DNA of 64,000 bases from Octopus sinensis. Lineage: Eukaryota. The translations under genes and the position numbers were made by a program. Location of the stretch: assembly GCF_006345805.1 (NCBI RefSeq), contig NC_043011.1, forward strand, positions 32,128,464 to 32,192,463, given 5' to 3'. Of the stretch, positions 1 through 12,726 are shown one piece after another. The stretch's first letter is position 1. Every line of letters begins with the position of its first letter. The notes below the pieces were generated by a model. That model saw only the letters and a program-made list of their open reading frames with translations, had not been told where the DNA came from and did no database searches.

Positions 1-424
1 TATACATACATACATACACATGTCCACATACATAAATACATGGAACACATCGCCCCACACAACACACACAAACACAGGTTGACATAATTTTAAGTTCACC
101 CACACATGCATACACATACACACACCATTCTCACATGCACACACACACTTGCACTCCCCAGTTCAGCCTGGTCACTGTTATCTCCCCTTCATTTGGCCTC
201 TTTCTTCCAGTCATTTCATTATGTTAAACTGTTAATCCTGACAATTTTTTTTTTCTATCTCTATTTCTTCTTCTCACCTCTTTCTGTTAAAGAGTGTAGA
301 CTTGAAATGTCAAAGACTTTTCCATTCTTCCTGAGCATCAAACTAATACACCTGCTTGCTATTCCTTCACCTGTCTTTGTCTTTTTGAATTATACATATA
401 TACATACATACATACATACATATA

Positions 425-1890
425 TATATATATCATCATCATTTAACCTCCGCTTTCCATGCTGGCATGGGTTGAACAGTTTGACTGAAAACTGGTATGC
501 AGGTGGGCTGTACCAGGTTCCAATCTGATTTGGCAAAGTTTCTACAGCTGGATGCCCTTCCTAATACCAACCATGTTGAGAGTGTAGTGGGTGTTTTTTA
601 TGTGCTGCCAGTACAGGTGCCGTTGACCTGATATTGGCATTGGTCACTTCTATGGTCTCACTTGGCTTGATAGGTCAACACAAGCATGGTGTATTGCCAA
701 GGGTCTTGGTCATCTGCCACTGCTTCCATGAGGCCCAACACTCTAACAGTGCTTTTTACATGCCAATCAGACAACACTGGCATCAACCATGACTATGATT
801 TCACTTGATTTGACAGGTCTTCTCAAGCACAGCATATCACCCAACAATTGAAGGGTGCTTCTTACGGGCCAGTTATGCAACACTGGCATCGGCCACAATT
901 ATGATCTCACTTGGCTTGACATCACTGCCTCCATGAAGCCCAACACACAAGTGGTGCTTTTTATGCGCCAGTCAGATGGCACTGGCATCAGCCATGACTA
1001 CAATCTTATTTCACTTGATGGGTCTTCTCAAGCATGGCATATCTCCAAAGGTCTCGGTCACTAGTCATTGCCTCTGTGAGGCCCAACATTTGAAGATCAT
1101 GCTTCACCACCTCATCCCATGTCTTCCTAGGTCTACCTCTTCCACAGGTTCCCTCGACTGTTAGGGCGTGACACTTCTTCACACAGCTGTCCTCATCCAT
1201 ATGCATCATATGACCATACCAGTGCAGTCATCTCCCTTGCACACCACATCTGATGCTTCTTATGTCCAACTTTTCTCTCAAGATGCTTACATTCTGTCGT
1301 GCATGTACACTAACATTACACATCTAGCAGAGCATACTAGCTTCATTTCTTGAAAGCTTATGCATATCCTTAGCAGTTACAGCCCATGTTTCACTGCCAT
1401 GTAGCATGGTTGTTCGTACACAGGCACCATATAGTCTGCCTTTCACTCTGAGTGAGAGGCCCTTTGTTGCCAGCAGAGGTAGGAGCTCTCTGAACTTTGC
1501 TCAACTTATTCTTATTCTAGCAGCTATGCTCTCAGAGCATCCACCCCAACTACTGACTTGGGCACCTAGGTAATGGAAGCTATTGAGTACTTCTAGTTTC
1601 TGTCCCATGGCATGTGATGGAATCTATTTTCTGTACATTTTTGCTGTTTATTGTACCCATGCACCTTTTACACTCAAAAACTGCCTTCCTTTGATATTGC
1701 TGCACCTCTTATGAGTCCATAGCTTACACTGGGTACATTTTATGGAGTTTCTGCCTATGCCTTTTCCACAGATCAAGCAGGGCCATCTACCTGAAAGGAT
1801 TTGTGATTTGTCCACCTCACAATTTACTAAGACTGGTTTTTGCTAAGTTAACTCTAAGGCCCTTCGATTCTAGACCTTGCTTCCACACCT
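425..1890 (-). mobile_element. 5'-truncated, decayed RTE-clade LINE with tandem-duplicated 3' UTR and (GAT)n tail
   Basis: Minus-strand translation gives VWKQGLESKGLRVNLAKT...FHYLG...KFRELLPLLATKGLSLRVKGRLY...MLHGSETW...GRGRPRKTWDEVVKHDL, with stops and frameshifts. Confidence 0.9.
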
Positions 1891-2424
1891 GAAAATTGTT
1901 CTCTAACGTATGTATGTGTGTATGTATAGATTGTTTGACGTGGTGTACAAATTTTATATATTCTTTTCTACTCTAGGTACAAGGCCTGAAATTATTGGGG
2001 AGGGGACCAGTTGATTAGAACAACCCCAGTGTGCAACTGGTACTTAATTTATCGACCCCCAAAAGGATAAAAAGCAAAGTCAACTTTGGCAGAATTTGAG
2101 CTCAGCACATAAATACAGGTGAAATACTGCTAAGCATTTCACCTGGCATGCAAATGTTTCTGCCAGCTTTTACAAATTTTATATCTTAAGAAAAAGAAGA
2201 CAGAATATTTTTTTCTTTTCCTTTCTTGCAGTCTTCTGTTAAAACATATCCACTCATTTTTGTGTTCATTTTCAATGGATTTGAGAAAATATTACCTTAT
2301 TTGGAAATAGATAAAGGTTTGCCAAGAAAAGCATCTGGCAGTGAAAACTTTTCCGTAACAAATTATGACAAAGGACTGAGATACCTATCACCTTGTTGTA
2401 CTCAAGAAGACTCATACTCCATAG

Positions 2425-3150
2425 CAGAAGTTGCTAAAATTGCCATGAAGGCCGAGGGTGTCTTGCCATCACTCACCAAGTCCTTTGTGAGCTGCTCTCC
2501 GGGTATCTATCAGAGGCTTTATATAGCTATGGTGTGGCCTCACCTGGAATTTGCATCACCGGTCTGGAACCCCTATCTTGCCCAGGATATTAATTGTCTG
2601 GAAACCGTTCAGCGACGTGCAACCAAGAGCATACCCTCCATCAGGCATTTGCCATATTCTGAATTCCTTACTTCCCTGGGCATGGATACATTGAAACTCC
2701 AATGTCTGGTAGCTGACTTGGCAGACACTCATAAAATTATTAACCATCTTACTAATAATAACTCTGAGCACCTTTTCAAACTCCACCTGTCTAACACCTG
2801 TGGACATGTTTACAAAGTCAGAAAACAGCACAGCTCCCATGACTTTCGGAAACATTTTTCATGCTAAGAGTTGCTGAAGCATGGAACAAACTATCGGCAT
2901 CAGTTGTTGTCGGAGCACTGCATCCTTCAAAACTTTCATGCTTCCTGATATTTACCAACACTACACCTGATTTTCTCCCCTCCATGCACACGCAAGCATG
3001 TATCTGACTCATACACAGTTCACTTCCCAGACATTTGTACATTACTGCATATGCTTTATATGCACTTTTGACAAGTTGTGATGCACCTGAGCAATGTATA
3101 CAATAATTTCATTATTATTATTATTATTATATTATTATTATTATTATTAT
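2425..3150 (+). mobile_element. CR1/L2-group LINE 3' fragment with (ATT)n tail
   Basis: MVWPHLEFASPVWNPYLAQDINCLETVQRRATK...RVAEAWNKL, the typical post-RT segment. A second, inverted copy of the 3' end lies at about 52175-52415. Confidence 0.9.
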
Positions 3151-3834
3151 AAGTGTTAAGACCACTCTTCCTGGTGAAGAGGATTAGCCTGAAAGAATCC
3201 TGTGCTGGAGCCACATAAAAATTACTCGTACACATTAGCGCACTCCTGTGGTACCACATAAAACCACCCAACACACTCTGTAATGTGGTTAGTTTTAAGA
3301 AGGGCATCCAACTGTAGAAACCATGCCAAATCAGACTGGAGTCTAATGCAGCTTTCCAGCTCGTTAAACTGTCCAACCCATGCCAGCTTGGAAAACGGAC
3401 GTTAAATGAGGATAATGACGATGGAATTCATTTGACCCACACATGGAAAAGTGGTTATTAAAACAAAGATGTATTTATATCATCATCATTTAGCGTCTGT
3501 TTTCCATGCTAGCATGGGTTGGACGGTTCAACTGGGGTCTGTGAAGCCAGAAGGCTGCATCAGGCCCAGTCTGATCTGGCAGTGTTTCTACCTTCCTAAC
3601 ACCAACCACTCTGCGAGTGTAGTGGGTGCTTTTTACGTGCCACCCGCACAGGTGCCAGACGGAGCTGGCAAACGGCCACGAACGGATGGTGCTTTTACGT
3701 GCCATTGGCATGGGGGCCAGACAAGGCTGGCAATGGACACGAACGGATGGTGCTTTTACGTGCCACCGGCACAGAGGCCAGTCGGAGCGGCGCTGGCAAC
3801 AACCACGAACGGATGGTGCTTTTTACGTGCCACC

Positions 3835-3870
<36 letters not shown>

Positions 3871-4669
3871 ATGTATATATGTATATATATATATGTATAT
3901 ACGTATTTCAAAATAGAAAATTATCCTTTAAAAGGCAATTTTACATGCTAGAAATAGCAGCCAACATGGCCAAAAAACCACAATTTTATAGCAAATTTCG
4001 AAGTAAATGAAAAATAAAAACCTTTACCTTGTTATATAATGGTTATACCATGGTTTCGGATTACTTAAGCAGAATAATATCGTTTGCTATCTTTTAATAG
4101 ATAATTTAGCAAGACCATATTATCTTCTAGGCAAAAATGTAGGAATAAGCAGGTTAGATAGATTAATATATAAAGTATATTAAATACATGAAATACAAAA
4201 AAATGTATATATGTTTATATACAAACAGCTGTTGGATTAGTAATACTTTTTTTTCAGCCCCTTTCATTCTCTATATCATTTGTATTCTGTGTAAGCTAGA
4301 TTTTTTCATATGTAAACATATATACACTTTTTGCATTTGATGTATTTAATATACCTTATATATTAATCTTTCTGACTTGCTTATTCCTACATTTATTTCT
4401 ATACCCGTCCAAGTTTAAATCTGTTGAGCAATATTAAGTGTATTCTATACAGAGAATATCTGATTCTCATCTATGAACTACATGTCTGAGTGTGTGTTTG
4501 TATACATATACATCCATAAATCCATCTATCCATCCATCCATACATACATACATACAAAAAAAAAACCCTGTTGTTGATGTTGAAATTCCAATGAAGAGCC
4601 TTGGATCTAGGTTAGAAACCAGCTCTTTCTCTATTGGCAAGAAATCTTGAAATAGAACTGAACAATGAC

Positions 4670-4672
4670 ACA

Positions 4673-4724
<52 letters not shown>

Positions 4725-4749
4725 CATCCATCCATCCATCCATCCATCC

Positions 4750-4809
<60 letters not shown>

Positions 4810-4814
4810 GTCTT

Positions 4815-4848
<34 letters not shown>
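4670..4848. repeat. (CTAT)n/(CCAT)n tetranucleotide microsatellite
   Basis: Direct reading. Confidence 0.95.
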
Positions 4849-4851
<3 letters not shown>

Positions 4852-5163
4852 TTTATTACTTCTTTCAGCCATTAGACTGTGGCCATGCTGGGGTATTGCT
4901 TCAAAGAATTTTTTGTCGAATGAATTGACCCCAGTACTTTTTTTTGCCAAACCACTAAGTTACGAGGACGTAAACACACCAACATCATTTGTCAAGCAGT
5001 GATGGGGAAAAACACAGACAAAAAGACACAAACACATCATCATCATCAACACCATTATCATTTAACTGCCGTTGTCCATGCTGGCATGGGTTGATGGTTT
5101 GATCTGAGCTGACAAGTTGAGGAGCTGCACCAAGCTCCAGTCTGATTTAGCATGGAGTTATAT

Positions 5164-5543
5164 GGAAGCACTCTGTTGGTTACAACGATGAGGGTTCCGG
5201 TTGATCCGATCAACGGAACAGCCTGCTCGTGAAATTAACGTGTAAGTGGCTGAGCACTCCACAGACACGTGTACCCTTAATGTAGTTCTCGGGGATATTC
5301 AGCGTGACACAGAGAGTGACAAGGCCGGCCCCTTGAAATACAGGTACAACAGAAACAGGAAGTAAGAGTGAGAGAAAGTTGTGGTGAAAGAGTACAGCAG
5401 GGATCACCACCATCCCTGCCGGAACCTCGTGGAGCTTTAGGTGTTTTCACTCAATAAACACTCACAACGCCCGATCTGGGAATCGAAACCGCGATCCTAC
5501 GACCGCGAGTCCGCTGCCCTAACCACTGGGCCATTGCGCCTCC
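5164..5543 (-). mobile_element. tRNA-derived SINE, full length with TSD
   Basis: Head GGAGGCGCAATGGCCCAGTGGTTAGGGCAGCGGACTCG...GGTTTCGATTCCC (A and B boxes); 12-bp TSD ATGGAGTTATAT (5152-63 and 5545-56). Confidence 0.88.
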
Positions 5544-6002
5544 TATGGAGTTATATAATCCTTTCTACAAGAGGTACGAGGCCTAGGGCGGTGAGCTGGC
5601 AGAAACGTTAGCACGACGGGCGAAATGCTTAGCGGTATTTTGTCTGCCATTACATTCGACTTTGCCTTTCGGGGTTGATAAATTAAGTACCAGTTACGCA
5701 CTAGGGTAGATGTAATCGACTTAATCCCTTTGTCTGTTCTTGTTTGTCCCCTCTATGTTTAGCCCCTTGTGGACAGTAAAGAAATAAGAAATGTTAGCAC
5801 GCCGGGCGAACTGCTTAGGGGTATTTCGTCTGCCACTGCATTCTGAGTTCAAATTCCGCTGAGTCAACTTTGCCTTTCATCCTTTTGGGGTCGATAAATA
5901 AGTACCAGTTACGCACTGGGGGTGATGGAATCGACTTAATCCGTTTGTCTGTTCTTGTTTGTCCCCTCTATGTTTAGCCCCTTGTGGATAGTAAAGAAAT
6001 AG

Positions 6003-6437
6003 GGGCGATCTTTCGTCTCTAGTAGACCTTTCCGTCGATTTCCGTAAAATTTTTATATTTTTTTACATATGGGCTTGCGGGAACTTTTGAAGTAATATAC
6101 ATACATATACACATACACCGAGTAAAAAATTTCAGTTATCTCTTTCTTTTATACATTACTCTGTCTCTTCACACACACTAACAGAAGCACTTCACTTACA
6201 CAACATACTGTCTGTCTCCCACACCCCATCAAACACACACACACACACACACGCACACATATACATCAATGCTCCCATGCACGGTAACTTCAAAAGAACT
6301 TCCCTCGTCATACAATCGCTTTCTCTTAGTCTCTTTCGCTCTCATTACTTCAAAAGTTCCCGCAAGCCCATATGTAAAAAAAAAAAATTTTTTTACGGAA
6401 ATCGACGGAAAGGTCTACTAGAGACGAAAGATTGCCG
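6003..6437. mobile_element. MITE with about 90-bp TIRs and a 6-bp TSD (copy 1)
   Basis: TIR GGGCGATCTTTCGTCTCTAGTAGACCTTTCCGTCGATTTCCGTAAAA...; TSD AAATAG. Confidence 0.88.
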
Positions 6438-7140
6438 AAATAGGTATGTTCTGATTTCAAATTCCGCTGAGGTCGACTTTGCCTTTCATTCTTTTGGGGT
6501 CGATAAATTAAGAACTAGTTGCGCACTGGGGCCTTGTGCCCAGAGTAGAAAAGAATAGGTACGAGACGGGGCAGGGGCTATTCGATTACATCGATCCTAG
6601 TGTTCAACTGGTTCTTATTTCATCGACCTAGAAGGGATAAAAGGCAAAGTTGACCACGGTGAAATTTGAACTCAGGACATAAAGACGGACGAAATGCCGC
6701 TAAGCACTTTCTCCGGTCTACTAACAATTCTGCCAGCTCACCATCTTAGATTGTTATATAATATCTTCCCTGTCTCATTGGTTGCAGAACGAGTTGATAA
6801 ATACTAGGAAATTTAAATCTAACTTCTTTTTTTTATATAGTCATAAATGGAATGTTCTTTCTTCGTTTTTAAATTAAAGACCCCATATGGTGTTCATCTC
6901 TATGCTAGATCTGCAGAAAGATTTGTCGAAGTGCAGCACCTGCACTGATTCTTTCTTATCTATTATCCTATTTTTCCTTTCCCCCTCTATAAATGATCAA
7001 CTATTTCTGATTGTTTTAGTTACCAAACAATGTAAACACCTGAAGAAGGGCCGAAGGTATGGCCGAAAGTTTGTGACCAAAACGACCAGTATACACGAAA
7101 ACACACACTCGCCCCATCTGCCTGTGTGTGTCCGAGTATA

Positions 7141-7528
7141 TCAGAATATATAAAAGTGAAGTTGTGTGTCTGTCTCCTACGATTTAGATTCCTAACTACT
7201 CCCACATTTTGCGGTGCAGTTTAACCAAAACCGGGTATCTTATAGTCGTGATTCATATCGAGCCCTTCTGGGTATTAGCGCGCGTCTACGATGAGTCTAC
7301 GATTTTTAAAATAATTTACCATCATTTTTTCCATTTTAATGCATTTTTTCGCTATTATATAAGGGAATTAACTCTCTAAAAATGTCTACGATGAGTCAAC
7401 GATTTAAAAAAAAAATTACCATAATTTTTTTTCCATTTTTAATGCATTTTTTTGGCTATAAACTCTCTAAAAATGCTTATATAGTTATTTCCCTTACAAA
7501 TCCGAGCAACGCCGGGCGATACTGCTAG
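7141..7528 (+). mobile_element. Non-autonomous Helitron
   Basis: 5' TC after A; subterminal hairpin CCGAGCAACGCCGG; 3' CTAG followed by T. Confidence 0.8.
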
Positions 7529-7832
7529 TCAGAATATAATAATGGTTTCAAATTTTGGCTCAAGGCCAGCAGTTTTAGGGGAGAGGGGTAATCGATTACA
7601 TCTACCTCAGTACTTGACTGGTACCTAATTTCATCGACCCCGCAAATTGAAAGGCAATCAATAAAATACTGCTTTTCAGCCTTTCGGAGTGTATGGATAA
7701 GGATAATTTCCAATCTCAAGAAATCACTCATGTATTCATACATTTACAGAAGAAAATATAAGCATAGCTTAAAAGAAATATATTCCGATATTTTTCCATT
7801 TTATTTTCGTTGTCTGTCACTATATAAACACA

Positions 7833-7867
<35 letters not shown>

Positions 7868-7880
7868 CACACACACACAT

Positions 7881-7914
<34 letters not shown>

Positions 7915-8254
7915 GCGCACGCACACACACACACCTTTCGCCAGCATATATTAAATACCTTTTTTATTATCAATTTCTCATCATCCACTTAAAATAATAA
8001 AAATGTTTATCTTCTTTTCATATAAACATAATAATAAAAAAAAACCCTCAGTTTTACCCATCTAAGATATATGAAACTATATTTAGATATTAATAAATTT
8101 CAGGTTTCCTACTTAAATCTGAGTCAGTAACACAGGGGAAAACTTATATACAATAAACGTTTCCACCGTTAATTGTCCAGGTTAGAACCTGACATCTCCA
8201 TCATTCAATGATGTAATGTTTTTTTTTTTCTTCCCTCCCATTAATGATTTCAAA

Positions 8255-8357
8255 CCGGATGTTGTTCCGGTTTAGCATCTGTCTCTTGGAAGAAAGTCAT
8301 CTATTGTCGTGGATATAGTCTTACCGTAACGCATAATTTAAGCGAAGCGTTGTAAGT
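8255..8357 (+). promoter_or_regulatory. Candidate promoter / non-coding first exon
   Basis: ETS-like CCGGATGT motif, locally CpG-retaining non-repeat sequence, and a GTAAGT donor at 8352. No transcript evidence. Confidence 0.25.
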
Positions 8358-8715
8358 TTGATATTTTCTCTAAATTTACCCTGTGCACAAGAGTGTCAGC
8401 TTGTATTTTGATCCCTTTATCTGTTGTTGTTTTGGCTTAGCACTTAGTTAAATGTTGATAGTTCGCATTGCTTTTATTAATGGCTGACTCCATCCACCAA
8501 ACCTGGCGGCTGCTTGTTTTAGCATCAAATACAACTTGTTAGTCATGTAAATGGCCCAGCGTGCACATTACTGAATGCTATATATTGTCACAGTGTTATT
8601 CGATCTTTATTATTAAGGGTAATTGATTGTTGTCATCTCGTGGAATATATCTAAACCGGTATGTTTGTATGTATGTATATATATACATATATACATATAC
8701 ATACATACATACATT

Positions 8716-8767
<52 letters not shown>

Positions 8768-10251
8768 ATCCTTATGTATGTGTATGCAAACATACACGTA
8801 CATAACGAACACGTATGTACGTCTGTGTAGATGTGTTTGTTGGACGAAGTATCTTTTACACTATCCTTAGATTTGACACAGATCTTGTGAGCAAAATTTT
8901 GCAGATAGCAACATAGTGTGGGATTGTGCCTTATAATTCAAATGTCCCAGGCCTGTCAAGCATTGTGCCATGTTAAATTCTGTCTGAGAGTTAGGTTAAG
9001 AGATACAGGTGTCTCTAGAATACTCAATCACTTCACTATGATGTAATGGTTTCGGTCATCGAACAAACGAACTGGAACACCTCGCCAAACATCGATGCCA
9101 GATCCATCGTCATATACATCCTGAATGCATCGCCCTACGTAAAGGCTGGTGTATGTAGCTGGCTTCTCTGTATATATCTAGCATAAATACTTGGCAAGTT
9201 GTCGTTTAGCTCCGTGTCCGTACCTATCGAGCAGATCTACGGTTACACATTTTAAAAGATGACCATTTCTTTGGACAACTCTTTTCAGTGTCTCCTATTT
9301 CGTTGGGCATATTTGACTGTTCTTTCTAGCAGGTTTACCGTCTACATCGAGGACTTCCTCGAAAATGAGTATTTTTCTGATGTGCATACATGTTGAATGC
9401 GTTTACAAATGTATCTAATGTGTATATAAGACATCGCGTGTAGACAGGTGTCTAGAATATGTTTAATGGCAGGTATAGAACATGTATCAGGTCTGTGATT
9501 TATGTGAATGTTTGTGTAAATATTGTGTACATAAATGTATGTAATATCTGATGTATGTTACTCAGCATATAGAGACAAAAGACGAACGAGCAATAAAATG
9601 CAGCTACAGTTGCTATTTACAAAAATCTAAACCATTTCCAACCGCCCCGCCATCACCTTTTCTGTGACCGTCCGAAGAACCTGTTATGTGTTCGCTCCAC
9701 TTATTAGAAATAGCAGCTAAATTTCCCTCAAATTATATCCCCACCGTCTTTTTAAATAATGATATCCCAGATAAAAGTTGGGATGACCACGACTAGAATG
9801 ACTTTGATAATATAAGTTTGATCAGCATGGTTTCACTATGCGATTAAGTCACTCATTGCATGACTGTTTCCTTATAGAAGTCTGTAAATATATAGGAATA
9901 TATTGCAGGTTTGCTGTAATTTGTGGTTAGTTTCTTTTATATTAATCTCTGCATAATATTTGTTTTTATTTATTTATCAGTTTTGGAAGCACACACACAC
10001 ACACACACATACACACACACACACATGGATGCACATGCACACAGATACTCGTTTCAAGTTAATAATTCCTTCCATCGTAAACTCAATAGTTTCTTGCTAT
10101 TTAAAGGATCGCAAATGGCAAGGTTGAAAGGGTCGCAAATAGCCAGAAACACTGAGTTGCGACGTACTGAATCATCAGGTTCTGATGGATAAACTCTAAT
10201 GCGTGTATTGAGTACTTTTCTCCCGTCTGTACACACACACACACACACCAC

Positions 10252-10288
<37 letters not shown>

Positions 10289-12510
10289 CTTATGGGTTGC
10301 TGCCATTGGGCATATGACGTTTTATTTTCATGTCTGTTTTTAAGAAAATGTGTTTGTAAGTCAGTTTTATGTTAAGCAGTTAATTTTTTTTTTTCTGAGA
10401 GTTTGTCAGGTTAATGCGGAGACTGCTTCAATGCACCTAACCAAAATAAATAGACAAATAAAAATAATGCCACTCATACTGCACCTCAATGAGGATACGG
10501 TTGTACAACCTGCTCAGAAATAGCAAAAACCTCCCTCAAATCCCATAAATCAAATCTAACCTTGAATAATTATGTGTTACCTAGGTTAATGAAGTCTAGC
10601 AAACACACACACACACACACATACGTGTGGGTGTGTACATGTATACACACGGGCTGGTCACAGTTGGAGTGTGTTTGATTACTGGCCTGCTTTCAAAAAA
10701 CCAGCCTGTGGTTATATAGCTACCAACAACAATAACAGTAGCACCACCAACAATTTTGGCTTTGTTCCCATTCTCTTCCACCCCAAAGAAACCACTGCAT
10801 ATACAGTTATGCAATGTTATCACAGACAAGACTGAAGCGTGACAGTCATGATTGCGGAACTGGTAGCCTGCTCGTAAAAGTTTCGTTGGTGCACCTCTAT
10901 TAGTATCAATAAGCAGACATGTTCACACCGTCTGTTAGCAGATGAAGTTACCTTTTGCGACGAAGCCGGTCATAACCGATGCACAAATCTCAGTTTTTGT
11001 TATTCAACCCTAAATCTTCTACTACAATTCCAGTCACATCTAGGATGCATTATAGGTATATTAAATTGATCGATACATTATTTATTGATTACCGATAAAA
11101 CTCAGAGCATAAAGGGCTGTGACTAAATACCTCATGGCATTTTGTCTGTCGCACTAATGACTCAGCCAATACACCGCTGCGCTAACCAATGATTAAAGGT
11201 ATTCCAGAGCTGTGACCTTTCCTTCTTATCTTTTCAGGTTTAGCATATTCTGGATTACGTTATCTGAATGTCCTTTCTATGTTAAAATAGCTGAGTGTAA
11301 TTTAAGGTAAATTAAGCTGCAGTTTGTTGTAGCATGTCAAAAACAAGTACAATATATAAGATGAATTTTTGTTTTTTCTAAAAAAATGATATTACACTGG
11401 GTCCTATATGCAAAGTTGCATTAAATGTTACGTGCTTTAGTGTTCTAAACATTTTTTCTTCCTAGATATGTGCTACAGAAATCGGGGTGCGTCTTTTCTG
11501 CTATCAAATATGGCATACACACACAGACAAAGATGTTGTTGGCTTCTACAAATTTCATCTCTTTATGCATGTGCATAAGTTGATATTTGTAGTGATAAAA
11601 GGAAGGACAAAAAAATTTTTTAAAAACATAGATGGAAAGGGAATTTCAGAGAGCTACAACCTTTGGGAAGAATTATTCTGAAACTCGTTTAGGGTAGTAG
11701 TGATTTGTGGTAGTGATAGGGGTGATTTGTGAGATGCAGTAAAGATGACAAGTAGCAGAGATTGGTGAACTTGGGTGGAGGTAGTATGCAGCTTGCTAGT
11801 TTAGAAGTGCAGAGACTGTTGCAGTAGTTTGTGGTGGGAGAGCCAAAGAGGAGAAATGATGTCTGTGGGACAGTGATTTGTAGAACATTGATAGAAAAGG
11901 CTTACTAATGAATTAGACAGCCTTTTTGTTTTATAAAGTGGTTGGTTTACAATGATTGCTAACCATGAGTTGCATGACCATTGCCCTAAATTTGTTTCTC
12001 AAAAGCGAGTTTCAGGAAAAAATTTCTGGGGTTCTACAATATAAAGTATCTTTGAATAAAATTTGGCATTCATTTATTTTATAAAACAAATGCTGTTCAC
12101 CATTTTAAACAAGTTCTGTTTTATATATGTGTGTGTATGTGTGAATATCTTCTTTGTCTAAAACAAGTTTTGTTTCATTTAATATCTTATTAAAATTAGG
12201 GTGGTGGTGATAGTGGTAGGATTGTCTGTAAACTATAATTGTAGGTTCTGTAATTTTCGGAAAATGGGTTCCATGAGTTCTTTACCAAAATAAGTGCCCT
12301 AAATATTTTAATAAGAACTTAATGTGATTAACCCTTTAGTGACTAAATTTCTGCCTTAGCGTTTTAATTTTGAAAATTATCAACAATTACGAAAGGTAAT
12401 GAAATAACAGCTGAATTTGATAGCATATAAGAGGCACAGTTTTTCCTCAAAAGAAGTTTCAAAAAATACCATCTAGGGCCCTAAATGTGAAGTTGGGCCT
12501 CCTATAAGCT

Positions 12511-12726
12511 TTAACCCTTTAGCGTTCAGATTCTGTCAAATGTGATGCTTATTTATTCATATTGCTTTGAATTAACCTTACAGTATCTCATAGCTTTGAG
12601 ACTGTAATGACGTGATCGTTTACTTTTAGAATGACATTGTAGGGTGTGTGTGAGAGGCTGGATATAGCCAGTTTGAATATAAAAGCAGGTGGAATATTTT
12701 GGCCAGATTAAATACTAAAGGGTTAA
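12511..12726. mobile_element. piggyBac-like TTAA MITE, family P1 (also 13551-13779, 49464-49962 interrupted, 51510-51958 nested, 57845-58036 partial)
   Basis: TTAA-CCCTTTAGC ... CTAAAGGG-TTAA termini and a shared body of about 220 bp. Confidence 0.8.

Noticed and set aside
3165-3205. Hammerhead-like GTGAAGA-GG..CCT-GAAA
   Set aside because: C3 is altered and no stem I or stem III pairing can be drawn.
3480-3835. CRISPR-like or novel protein-coding repeat array (ORFs 3451-3951, 3626-3916)
   Set aside because: The roughly 57-bp units are the internal minisatellite of a dispersed RTE-tail element; there are no unique spacers or cas genes and the context is eukaryotic.
5470-5543. tRNA gene (also SINE heads at 24601, 28310, 36500)
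   Set aside because: The tRNA-like head continues into a SINE body with a TSD and multiple diverged copies; there is no clean acceptor stem or terminator.
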